Shown here: positions 48,857 through 57,377 of the stretch, piece after piece
How the letters are laid out: every line of letters begins with the position of its first letter
How positions within the stretch are numbered: the stretch's first letter is position 1
From: Methanothrix sp.
Lineage (GTDB): Archaea > Halobacteriota > Methanosarcinia > Methanotrichales > Methanotrichaceae
Assembly: GCA_040770465.1 (NCBI GenBank)
Contig: JAXGJB010000005.1
Span: forward strand, 38,096-102,095
DNA: 64,000 nt
Direction: 5' to 3'
Made by a program: the position numbers and the translations under genes
The notes under the pieces: generated by a model
Told to the model about the DNA's origin: nothing
The model's database searches: none
What the model saw: only the letters and a program-made list of their open reading frames with translations

Positions 48857-49432
48857 ACGAAAGTCGTCGCATTCAACGGGAGCGCCCGAAAGGACGGGAA
48901 CACCGCCATCCTCGCGAGAAGGGTCCTAGAAGAGATGGAGAAAGAGGGGATCGCAACCGAGATGGTCCAGCTGGCGGGCGAGAATATTCGGGGATGCACC
49001 GCCTGCGGTGGCTGCGTCGTAAATAAAGACCGGTGCTGCACCATCGACGACGACGTCGTCAACGACTGCATAGCGAAGATGATCGAGGCCGACGGGGTCA
49101 TCATCGCGTCACCGACCTACTTCGCCGACGTCTCGGCGGAGACGAAGGCCCTCATCGACCGGGCTGGCTTCGTCGCCCGGGCCAACGGCGACCTCTTTCG
49201 ACGGAAGGTGGGGGCGGCGGTCGTCGCCGTCCGGAGGGCAGGGGCGATCCACGCCTTCGACTCGATCAACCATTTCTTTTTCATCAGCCAGATGATCGTC
49301 CCCGGATCGAGCTACTGGAACGTGGGGTTCGGCTTGGCGTCAGGTGAGGTCGAGGAGGACGAGGAGGGTATGGAGACGATGAGGGTTCTCGGAGAGAACA
49401 TGGCGTGGCTCCTGGAGAGGATCAAAACTTAG
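48857..49432 (+). CDS. Iron-sulfur flavoprotein (Isf) / NADPH-dependent FMN reductase family
   Basis: (M)[18 protein letters not shown].....C compact Cys motif, ASPTYF, K.LIDR; first codon is ACG after GGAGG. Confidence 0.88.
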   Translation, partial: TKVVAFNGSARKDGNTAILARRVLEEMEKEGIATEMVQLAGENIRGCTACGGCVVNKDRCCTIDDDVVNDCIAKMIEADGVIIASPTYFADVSAETKALIDRAGFVARANGDLFRRKVGAAVVAVRRAGAIHAFDSINHFFFISQMIVPGSSYWNVGFGLASGEVEEDEEGMETMRVLGENMAWLLERIKT

Positions 49433-49685
49433 TCGACAGCCTCGTCTTCTAAAGAAGCCGTATCATCATCCCTTCTGTTCCCAACGGGTCGGAGGGGCGG
49501 ATCTTCCGGCTGAGGTCGGCGAGCCTTCGGAGTGCGAGTCCACGGCCTGCGGGCTGTGGAGCCCGCCCAACTGGGAGTTCGAGTACGTCGGAAGCTATTC
49601 GGGCGACCTGACCTGCGCGGATCTGAGCTGAATGATCTGAGCTGAACCGAGGGAGGCTTCTGCCCCGCGGCCTGAACCTGAATCC

Positions 49686-49743
49686 AAAAAACAGGCGTGC
49701 GGCCGGGAGCTAACTCACCCTTCAGGGCGGTACGGCCGCACGC
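49686..49743 (-). terminator. Strong hairpin plus T6 downstream of mtd
   Basis: Perfect 11-bp stem 49695-49705/49733-49743 followed on the minus strand by CTGTTTTTT. Confidence 0.7.
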
Positions 49744-49782
49744 GAAATCTATCAAGTCCGAATCGGTTCCGACCAGAGACGA

Positions 49783-50607
49783 TCAGACCTGCTCGGGCTT
49801 GTCGAAGAGCCCCGTCTTCGCCAGGATCGCGCCTGACCGTGCGTGAGGCCTCCTTGAGACCGAGTCGCTCGATTTCTCGATCTCCCTCGCCTCGTCGGCG
49901 AGCCTTGCGGCGGCCCGCATGACCTCGTGGCCCGCGGCGGCGGTGAGGGCGATTCTGTCCAGCTCCTTCAGCCTGAAGCAGGCGGCGGCATCGATCCCAG
50001 CCACCGTCTGGGCCATGTGAAGGGCGCCTATGGCCTTGGCCCGGGCGTAGGGGTTTCTGAAGTTCATCCGCTCAGTGCATTTCTCGGGGTTTCCGAGGAT
50101 GTGAGGGAGCTTCGGCTCTCCTGCGATGATGCTGGCCATAGCCCCGTCCAGCTCCTCCTGGACGAGCCTGACAGACCCGCAGATGCTCAGCACCTTGAGG
50201 GCGTCGGAGTTGAAGAGCGCCATCTCAGCGGGGTCGAGGAACTCCCGCTTCGCACCGATGAGGGGGTCGAAGGGGAGGATGATGTAGCCGAACCCCTCGG
50301 CCTCCAGAGCCTCTCGGGCCTCCTTCTTCGATGGTCCGTCGGATATTACGATCGTCGGAACGTCCTTAAAGATCTCTCTTGCCGCCGTAGGTCCCGGGGT
50401 GGCGGCGTTGGGGCCTACCATAACCACCAGCTGGGGACCCCAGCTCTTCAGCTCCGCGGACATCTCAGCCTCTTTTGTCGTCATCTTGGCTCCGAAAGAG
50501 AGGGATCGAGCCTCGATGTCGGTCCTCTCGGCGATCTCGTCAAGGGCCAGGTCTGCGACCAGGGACGATGCGACGTTGCCGAGCTTGATAAATCCGATCT
50601 TGAACAT
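49783..50607 (-). CDS. mtd: F420-dependent methylene-H4MPT dehydrogenase
   Basis: KIGFIKLGN...LDE.AER.DI, GAKM, PN.A.PGP, D.LIGAKREFLDP.EMALFN.D, NPYA.AKA, AGHE. Confidence 0.95.
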   Translation of the reverse strand: MFKIGFIKLGNVASSLVADLALDEIAERTDIEARSLSFGAKMTTKEAEMSAELKSWGPQLVVMVGPNAATPGPTAAREIFKDVPTIVISDGPSKKEAREALEAEGFGYIILPFDPLIGAKREFLDPAEMALFNSDALKVLSICGSVRLVQEELDGAMASIIAGEPKLPHILGNPEKCTERMNFRNPYARAKAIGALHMAQTVAGIDAAACFRLKELDRIALTAAAGHEVMRAAARLADEAREIEKSSDSVSRRPHARSGAILAKTGLFDKPEQV

Positions 50608-50738
50608 GGCAATAACCCGCTCCGGTGATGCGGCCGGATCATAAAAGAGTTCCGATATCCTATCGGCACCAGGGTCGTTCCGACAGAACTTCTTTATATC
50701 CCGCTCCCGTTTTGAGTGATGATACTTTGAGATCTCAG

Positions 50739-52460
50739 ATGATTCGTCACTTGGGCGAGAACAGGTGGCTTGTTCTGGACACCCTCGCCATAGTCACGGG
50801 CCTTGTCGGGGGGCTTGTGGCCGTCATCTTCAGGAGGCTCGCCGAGTCGGTCGGCCACCTCTTCTTCGGCCCGGTCCTCTCAGCCCTTCCCGGAGGGGAC
50901 GCGAGGCTGGTACTCCTGCCGGTCTTGGGAGGGCTTCTCGTCGGATTTGTGATCCTCAGGTTCGCGCCCGAGGTGGGTGGGGAGGGAATCCCGGCCCTCA
51001 TGGAGACCCTCCACAACAAGGGCGGCAGGATCCGGGCACGGACGGGCCTCGCCCTCCTCCTCGCCTCGGCCGTCACCATCGGGAGCGGGGGTAGCGCCGG
51101 CAGGGACTCGCCCATCTCCCAGATCGGGGCGTCCTTCGGATCTCTATTGGGCCAGAGGCTGAGGCTGACGGTGGCCGACGTCCAGATCCTCGCCATCAGC
51201 GGCTTTGTGGCGGGGCTCGCCGGAACCTTCAACGCCCCTCTCGGGTCCGCCATATTCGGGATGGAGGTGATAATGAGGCGGTTTAGGATGGTGGACGCCG
51301 TCCCCATCCTCTTATCGGCGGTGATCGGCGCTGCGACCGCCTCATCCTTCCTCGGAACAAACCCAGCCTTCACCCCCCCCGAGACCGACCTCGCCCTGGC
51401 GGAGCTCTGGCTGTGCTTCGTCCTGGGGCTCGTCTTCGGGGGGTTCAGCCTCCTCTGGGCTGGCCTTGTCAGCGGCTTTGAGAGGCTCTTCGAACAGCTC
51501 CCCCTGAAGGAGGGGCTGAAGCCCGGGCTCGGAGGTCTAGTCGCCGGGGCGGCAGGCCTATACTTCTTTGGTTACGGGATCATGGGGGTCGGGTACGACG
51601 GTGTTGACCGGATATTCGGCCTGGTCTCAGGCTCTGGGGCCGATGGAGCTGACCTCCGGCCCCTCCTCTTGTTCCTTTCCGCCCTGGCGGCGGCCAAGGC
51701 CCTGGCCACAGCGTCGACCCTCGGCTCCGGCGGGGCCGGGGGGAGCATCGGCCCCACCCTCTACGTCGGATCGGCGTTGGGAGCCGCCATGGGCCTCATC
51801 TTCGGCGACCTCTTCCCGGCGGCCGGAGGGCACGCTCCGACCTACGCCCTCCTGGGAGCCGGAGCCCTCTTAGCGGGATCGGCGGGCGCTCCCCTCACCT
51901 GCGTTGTGATGATCTCGGAGATGACGGCCGACTACTCCCTCCTACCTTCCCTGATGATCGCCTGCGCAACAAGCTACGGCATCGCCACGATCGGCCTCAA
52001 GGGGTCGACGATCTACACCCTGAACCTTCTGAGGAGGGGGGTATCCCTGGAGGCGGGGGAGGCGGTATTGGAGCGGGTTCTCGTCAGAGATGCGATGGTC
52101 AGAGATGTGGTTGCCGTCGCCCCCGAGATGACCATCCGCATGGTGAGGGACAGGATAGTCGAGGAGAACATCAGAGGATTTCCCGTCGTCGATGACGGAG
52201 AGCTGGTGGGGATAGTCACCTTCGACGACGTCCGGAAAGTTCCTGAGGAGATGCAGGACGAGATCACTGTCGAAGACCAGGCGGTGAAGGATGTGATCGT
52301 CGCCTATCCCGACGAGAACATGAAGCAGGTGATGGACCGGCTCTACAAGAACAACATAGGTCGGCTTCCAGTGGTGGATCGAGAGAACCCGAAGAAGCTT
52401 CTGGGGATCGTCACCAGGACCGACGCCATAAGCGCCTACGAGAGGGCTGCGGCGAGATAG
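50739..52460 (+). CDS. ClC chloride channel/antiporter family protein with C-terminal CBS pair
   Basis: GEGIP, GGSAGRDSP, FNAPL...F..E, GGSIGPTL, two CBS domains. Confidence 0.88.
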   Translation: MIRHLGENRWLVLDTLAIVTGLVGGLVAVIFRRLAESVGHLFFGPVLSALPGGDARLVLLPVLGGLLVGFVILRFAPEVGGEGIPALMETLHNKGGRIRARTGLALLLASAVTIGSGGSAGRDSPISQIGASFGSLLGQRLRLTVADVQILAISGFVAGLAGTFNAPLGSAIFGMEVIMRRFRMVDAVPILLSAVIGAATASSFLGTNPAFTPPETDLALAELWLCFVLGLVFGGFSLLWAGLVSGFERLFEQLPLKEGLKPGLGGLVAGAAGLYFFGYGIMGVGYDGVDRIFGLVSGSGADGADLRPLLLFLSALAAAKALATASTLGSGGAGGSIGPTLYVGSALGAAMGLIFGDLFPAAGGHAPTYALLGAGALLAGSAGAPLTCVVMISEMTADYSLLPSLMIACATSYGIATIGLKGSTIYTLNLLRRGVSLEAGEAVLERVLVRDAMVRDVVAVAPEMTIRMVRDRIVEENIRGFPVVDDGELVGIVTFDDVRKVPEEMQDEITVEDQAVKDVIVAYPDENMKQVMDRLYKNNIGRLPVVDRENPKKLLGIVTRTDAISAYERAAAR

Positions 52461-52578
52461 AGGGCTAGAAAAACCAACGATGAAGAGACGGAGATGAAGT
52501 GGCGGAGATGAAGACGATGACGAAGGGCCGATCGAAGGGTCCGCTGGATCGGCCGGGATCTCGTTCGTCAGACTCCGT

Positions 52579-52980
52579 CTAGACTCCGTCTATCTTAACC
52601 CACTCCCCATCGGCGTCGACGGTCACCAGGACCCCGTCTTCCAGGCTGAGGATCTCCTCGGAGACCCCGTCCACCAGGGGGATCCCGCTGATGATGGCGC
52701 CGACGGCGACTATCGGCTCAGACCTTATGTTGATCATCGCCGCCGGGGCGACGCCCCTCTTTGCGAGCTGGTAGATGACGTAAGATCCTACAGTGGACCC
52801 TTTCCCGCCGGGAAAGATCAGAACCTTTCCTCCGACGAATTTGCCGAATAGCTGATGCTTCGGATCGACGACCTTTCCGGTATCCGGGTCGACGGTTCCA
52901 AGAAACGATATCGGCTCCTTTGATACCAGGGCGGGGCCCGAGGCCTTTCCGCTGGATATCCTGTGGCAGGAGATCTCCAT
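52579..52980 (-). CDS. Aconitase X swivel subunit (phosphomevalonate dehydratase small subunit)
   Basis: ISFLG.VDP.TG, FPGGKGSTVGS, A.GAII. Confidence 0.9.
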   Translation of the reverse strand: MEISCHRISSGKASGPALVSKEPISFLGTVDPDTGKVVDPKHQLFGKFVGGKVLIFPGGKGSTVGSYVIYQLAKRGVAPAAMINIRSEPIVAVGAIISGIPLVDGVSEEILSLEDGVLVTVDADGEWVKIDGV

Positions 52981-54161
52981 CAAGATACCCTCCGTGCGGC
53001 GGCCTTGCCGGTGGCGGTCTTGACGCACTCCTCGGCGCTCCCGTAAGCCGCCTTTATCTTGCAGAGGCCCGGGACGTAGGCGAGGGCCTTTCCGGAGTTG
53101 ACCATCATCTTTTCGTACCGGTCGCTGGCGGGCGACACCACCATGCAGGTGTCGCAGAAGACCTTCGCCCCCGACCCCTCGATCTTCTCGACGAGCCTCG
53201 GGCACCTTTCGGCAACCCCGCGGGCGGTGCAGATCCAGAACTCTCGTTTCACCTTCTTTCCCGCAAGGAGGCGGGCCAGATTCTCCAGCTCTTGCTGGGA
53301 AGAGTGAGGACAGCCGACGGCCACGATGTCCACATCGTCGTCGGGTCCGTTCTCTTCTCGGACCGCCTCGATGTCTCTTTCAGTCACCGTGATCTCCTCT
53401 GTGCCCTTCGGGGCTGCGGGCGCGTCCTCCTCGAAACGGTAGAGGGCGACAGAGCCGCTGGCGGCCATGGCGGCTCCGAGGGCCTTCAGCTCGTCGACCT
53501 TCGGCCTTTGGCGGAAGGTGAACCGGGGAACCCCTTCGCCCACCTCTCTTCCGACGATGTACCCCAGTATCCCGAAGTCGGAAGCCTCCAGGTCCGCCTC
53601 GACCGATATTTTGTGAGTTGGGACCCGGTTCTCTTCGAGGTGGTAGCCGTACCTTGGGGTCTTTCCCACCAGGGCGGCGGCGAGGGCCGAGGGTCCCCCC
53701 TCCCGGTTCGTCTTCGCCCCGATGACGGAGTTTGCGAAGGAGACGGCCGAGGACTCGCTCCAGGCGAGGTGGTCGCCACGTCGGGCGGAGTCGGGCCTGA
53801 TCTGGTAGGGGGTGCAGGTGCAGTCCGGCGATATCCCCAGGCGGCGATAGGCGTTGACGATCTCGATCTGCTTATTCGCAAACTTCTCGTCTATTTTCAT
53901 CTCCCGCCAGCGGGAGAGGTCCATCCCGGCGGGGTTGAGGACGCTGGGGACGGCCACCTTCCCCCGGAGGTCGGATATCCATTCGAGCCCCGCCTCGCCG
54001 ATCGTCTTGAAGCTGACCCCCGCCACCTGGACGCTTCGAACGGGGATCAATCGGTCTGCGCCGTAGATGTCGCCGAGGGCCACCAGGATCTCCATCGCCT
54101 TCCTGAGGGTCTCGCCCCTCTCCCCCTGGAGGGCCTCCTCCTCCTCTCGCGAAAGGTGCAT
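52980..54161 (-). CDS. Aconitase X catalytic subunit (phosphomevalonate dehydratase large subunit)
   Basis: GVSFKTIG, CTCTPY, W.ESSAV.FANS..GA.TNRE, GCPH, DTCMVV, NSGKA. Confidence 0.9.
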   Translation of the reverse strand: MHLSREEEEALQGERGETLRKAMEILVALGDIYGADRLIPVRSVQVAGVSFKTIGEAGLEWISDLRGKVAVPSVLNPAGMDLSRWREMKIDEKFANKQIEIVNAYRRLGISPDCTCTPYQIRPDSARRGDHLAWSESSAVSFANSVIGAKTNREGGPSALAAALVGKTPRYGYHLEENRVPTHKISVEADLEASDFGILGYIVGREVGEGVPRFTFRQRPKVDELKALGAAMAASGSVALYRFEEDAPAAPKGTEEITVTERDIEAVREENGPDDDVDIVAVGCPHSSQQELENLARLLAGKKVKREFWICTARGVAERCPRLVEKIEGSGAKVFCDTCMVVSPASDRYEKMMVNSGKALAYVPGLCKIKAAYGSAEECVKTATGKAAARRVS

Positions 54162-54189
54162 GATCGCTTCTCGGCGCCGGAATATAAAA

Positions 54190-54270
54190 AGGCTCAGATC
54201 AGGCTCAGATCAATCAGGCTGAGATCATGCCAGGATCAGATCATTCCAGGATCGAGCTCAGATCGAGCTT
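54190..54270. repeat. Degenerate tandem array of about 11-bp AGG(C/A)TCAGATC units at the MtrH-like gene 3' end
   Basis: Units at 54190, 54201, 54216, 54232, 54248 and 54260. Confidence 0.75.
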
Positions 54271-55193
54271 CATATCAGCCTGCCGATGGGGTGGCCAGCG
54301 GCGGGCCAGACATCCAGGTCCTTCGCCGCCTCGGAGACGAGGATGTCGGTCATCGCCGCCACCGGGAATACTTCCCCGGCCCGCTCGATGGGACCGTATA
54401 GTACGAAGTCGCCACCGGCCAGGATCTCCAGCCCCGCCGAGGCGGCATCGCAGGTGAGCCTAGTCCCTTTCTCCTTCGACCGGAGCCAGCGCCAGGAGGA
54501 GACGGCGTTGTGGATCCCCGACCCGGTGGGCAAACCGAACTTCGCCTTCGCCAGGACCGTCGACCGGAGCGATCTGCCGGCACCGTCGCCCAGGGGGACG
54601 ACGCCGGGGTCGATGAGGAGGTTGTTCATCCCGAGGCCGCGGGCGATCTCGATCAGCCCAGCCATCCTTCCCGCCCCGCCCTTCTCCAGCGCTCCGATCG
54701 TCCCCTCGACGGTGGAGTCGGCGGGGTTGTAGGCGAGGAGGATGGCGGAGTCGATCTCGCTCGCGACCAGAGCCTTCTCTTCCCGATCCGTCGTGGCGAG
54801 GCCGATGCTGTTGTAGATGCAACGGTCGGCGTATCCGATCTCCGAGACGATCTCCGCCATCTCGATCCTCGTATCGGCATCGGCGGAGTCGAGAATCAGC
54901 GGGCCGGACCAGATCCCCTCTGTGAAGTCGAGGTAGCGGCCGAAGGCCGCAGGGGTCCTGGAGTAGAGGTGGAGGACGGCGGGGTTTCCCGTCTCCTCGG
55001 ATAGAGCCGTTTGCCTCTCGATGAGCGCCTCGGCCGCCTTCTCGTCGAATATCCCCCGGTCCTCGTCCTCCACGATCCCCTGGCCCTGGTAAAATATCGT
55101 CCCGCAGAGGGCGGTCGGGTTCTCCCCCGGCTGGCCTCCGATCTTCACCCCGGCGACGTTCACCACCGACTGATCCCTTGCAAACCTGAACAA
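54270..55193 (-). CDS. MtrH/MtxH-family methyltransferase
   Basis: MFRF..DQ.V.NVAGVKIGGQPGENPT.L.GTIFY, IYNSI, G.P.GSGIHN, DFVLYGPIE; TTG at 55193. Confidence 0.9.
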   Translation of the reverse strand: MFRFARDQSVVNVAGVKIGGQPGENPTALCGTIFYQGQGIVEDEDRGIFDEKAAEALIERQTALSEETGNPAVLHLYSRTPAAFGRYLDFTEGIWSGPLILDSADADTRIEMAEIVSEIGYADRCIYNSIGLATTDREEKALVASEIDSAILLAYNPADSTVEGTIGALEKGGAGRMAGLIEIARGLGMNNLLIDPGVVPLGDGAGRSLRSTVLAKAKFGLPTGSGIHNAVSSWRWLRSKEKGTRLTCDAASAGLEILAGGDFVLYGPIERAGEVFPVAAMTDILVSEAAKDLDVWPAAGHPIGRLI

Positions 55194-55310
55194 ATCCACC
55201 GCCTCGAACTCTCTACTGCTCCTGCACTGCTGCACCTGAGGTTTGTGCTGCAAGGTGAAAAAAGTTGGGATGGCCTCTCCGAGCCTGCTCCACCACCTTA
55301 ACCTCCGAAG

Positions 55311-55364
55311 TCGGCTCACGGGGTTATCGGCTCACGAGGTTATCGGCTACGGCTCATGAGCTTA
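55311..55364. repeat. 16-bp tandem duplications overlapping the uvrC stop codon
   Basis: tcggctcacggggtta, tcggctcacgaggtta, tcggcta, cggctcatgagctta. Confidence 0.8.
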
Positions 55365-56904
55365 TCGACTTCTTTCTCAGAAGCCGGTTGTACTTGATCG
55401 CAAACCGGTGGGCTTCGTCTCTCATCTCCTGGACGAAGAGGGAGGCCTTGTCGTCCCTTTGAATCGGAAGTGGCCTGATCCGGCCGGGGACGTAGATCTC
55501 CTCCTCCCGTTTGGCGATGGAGATGACGGGGATGGCGAGGCCGAGCCTTCTGAGCTCCCGGGATGCGGCCCAGAGCTGCCCCTTCCCCCCGTCGATGACG
55601 ATGAGGTCGGGCATCTCCCCCTCTTCCTCCTTCTGACGGGAGTAGCGACGTTTGACGATCTCGCCGATGGAGGCGAAGTCGTCGATCCCGTCGACTGTCC
55701 TCAGCTTGAAGCGGCGGTAGCCGTTTTTGTCCGGCCTTCCGCCCCGGAACTGGACCATCGACCCGACGGTGAAGCTCCCCGCGAGATGGGAGACGTCGAA
55801 GATCTCGATGACGTTCGGCGTCCCCGGCAGGGAGAGGGCCTCCTGGAGGGCGACGAGCTTTTTTCGGTCGCCGAAGAATCGGATCTCGACGTTCTTCTGA
55901 GCGAGGTCCAGAAGCTTCCTCTTATCCCCCTGCTTTGGGACCGTCACCCGAACCCGCTTCCCTTTGACGTGAGAAAGAAAATCGACGAGGGAGTCGTCGA
56001 GGGGCTCGCCCAGGATCAGCTCTTCGGGCGGCTCGTTCTCCGAGTAGTACTGGACGAGAAACTCTTCGAGGAAGCTCTCGCCGCTGGGGAAGACGAACTC
56101 CTCTTTTCCCTCCAGGGTCCCCTTGTAGACCTTGAAGAGCATCAGATAAACGCTATCGCCATCGACGATCAAGCTCAAGACGTCCTCGTCGAACCTCTTA
56201 TTCCGCTCGATCGTCTGGCGGTCCTGGAGGCGTTCGAGGGCCCTGATCTCGTCTCGAAGCTCCATTGCCCGCTCAAACTCCTGCTCGGCCGAAAGCCGAG
56301 CCATCTCCTCTGCGAGCGAGCCGATCAATTCCCCGGTCCTCCCCCTCAGGACCGCCTCGGCCCTTGCCACTCGCGCCCCGTAATCTGCGGGCGAGATCTT
56401 TCCGATGCAGGGGCCGGAGCAGGCCCCCATGTGATATCGCAAACAGGCCCTCTTCGGAAGCCGACGACAGGTCCGAAGGCCGAAGGTCTTCCGAACGACC
56501 GAGAAGACGTAGTCTCTCTCCCGGGCGGAGACGAAGGGGCCGAAGAAGCTCCCTCCGCCCACGCGCTTCCGGGCGAGGTGGATTCGCGGGAACTCCTCGT
56601 CGGTGATGTGGATGGAGGCGTACCGCGAGGAGTCCTTCAGCTTGACGTTGTACTTTGGCCAGTGCTTTTTGATCAGGGCGTTCTCCAGAAGCAGCGCCTC
56701 CACCTCGCTGTCGGTGACGATGAAGTCGAGGTCGCGGGCGGCGGAGACGAGGGCCGAGGTCTTGGGATCCAGGTCTCTTTTCTGGAAGTAGCTTGAGACC
56801 CGCTTTTTCAGGTCCCGCGCCTTTCCGACGTAGATTACCTCGTCCGAGTCGTCTTTGAAGAGGTAGCAGCCGGGAAGGTGGGGGAGGGGGTCAGGGTCGA
56901 TCAT
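55354..56904 (-). CDS. uvrC: Excinuclease ABC subunit C
   Basis: GIY-YIG (PGCYLF...IYVGKA..L..RV.SYF), EALLLE..LIK...P.YN, FD.SH, DDFAS, IDGGKGQ, RDEAHRFA; ends without the C-terminal HhH. Confidence 0.95.
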   Translation of the reverse strand: MIDPDPLPHLPGCYLFKDDSDEVIYVGKARDLKKRVSSYFQKRDLDPKTSALVSAARDLDFIVTDSEVEALLLENALIKKHWPKYNVKLKDSSRYASIHITDEEFPRIHLARKRVGGGSFFGPFVSARERDYVFSVVRKTFGLRTCRRLPKRACLRYHMGACSGPCIGKISPADYGARVARAEAVLRGRTGELIGSLAEEMARLSAEQEFERAMELRDEIRALERLQDRQTIERNKRFDEDVLSLIVDGDSVYLMLFKVYKGTLEGKEEFVFPSGESFLEEFLVQYYSENEPPEELILGEPLDDSLVDFLSHVKGKRVRVTVPKQGDKRKLLDLAQKNVEIRFFGDRKKLVALQEALSLPGTPNVIEIFDVSHLAGSFTVGSMVQFRGGRPDKNGYRRFKLRTVDGIDDFASIGEIVKRRYSRQKEEEGEMPDLIVIDGGKGQLWAASRELRRLGLAIPVISIAKREEEIYVPGRIRPLPIQRDDKASLFVQEMRDEAHRFAIKYNRLLRKKSISS

Positions 56905-56944
56905 GGAGCTAGTTGGCCTTATAGGCGAAGATTACTGAAACGTC

Positions 56945-57157
56945 TCAGGTCAAAAGGGAGTTGACGAATTCCGCCTTTGGGATCTCATCGCCAGATTCAA
57001 GCCTGTCTGTTACATGTAGTGACATCGCGTCCTCGATATTTTCCAGGGCGTCTTCATAAGTATCTCCCTGGGTGTAACAACCCTGGAGCTCGGGGCAGAA
57101 GGCGAAGTAACCGTCCTTATCCTTCTCGATCACCACGGAAAAGCGATAATTCTTCAT
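56945..57157 (-). CDS. HicB-family antitoxin, short form, no adjacent hicA
   Basis: VVIEKD.DGYFA.CPELQGC.TQGDTYE.AL.NI.DA. Confidence 0.85.
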   Translation of the reverse strand: MKNYRFSVVIEKDKDGYFAFCPELQGCYTQGDTYEDALENIEDAMSLHVTDRLESGDEIPKAEFVNSLLT

Positions 57158-57241
57158 TCGTCCACCATTTGTCCTTTTCAGAATCAAGTTTATACCTGGA
57201 AAGGAGCCGATAAATACCTATCTTTTCGTGGATTCGATACC

Positions 57242-57377
57242 CCCAAGCCGTCGGTGTTGTGGCCCAGAATCATGCCGCTCCCTCTCGCCCTCCCAGAAGG
57301 CGACGGTGTTTACCGCCCCCATCGCCGGGGAGAGGCTGTGCTCCACGGGGTCTCCAAAAGACGGCGTAGACTAACAT
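57242..57377 (-). pseudogene. aroE: Shikimate dehydrogenase (aroE) relic with large internal deletion
   Basis: Minus strand with two frameshifts reads MLVYAVF / GDPVEHSLSPAM-GAVNTV... / ILGHNTDGLG, three AroE signature motifs in order. Confidence 0.8.

Noticed and set aside
49450-49632. Coding-like frame ending ...WSPPNWEFEYVGSYSGDLTCADLS*
   Set aside because: No start codon and no recognisable family; at most an unidentifiable gene fragment
54190-54270. Possible mini-CRISPR array
   Set aside because: Units are about 11 bp with 0-5-bp gaps, there are no unique spacers and no cas genes in the window
1140-56796. Many long antisense or alternate-frame ORFs, e.g. 3096-4013, 14013-15386, 52920-54401, 55408-56796
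   Set aside because: Shadows of real genes in high-GC DNA, with no motifs and Arg/Pro/Gly-biased or antisense composition
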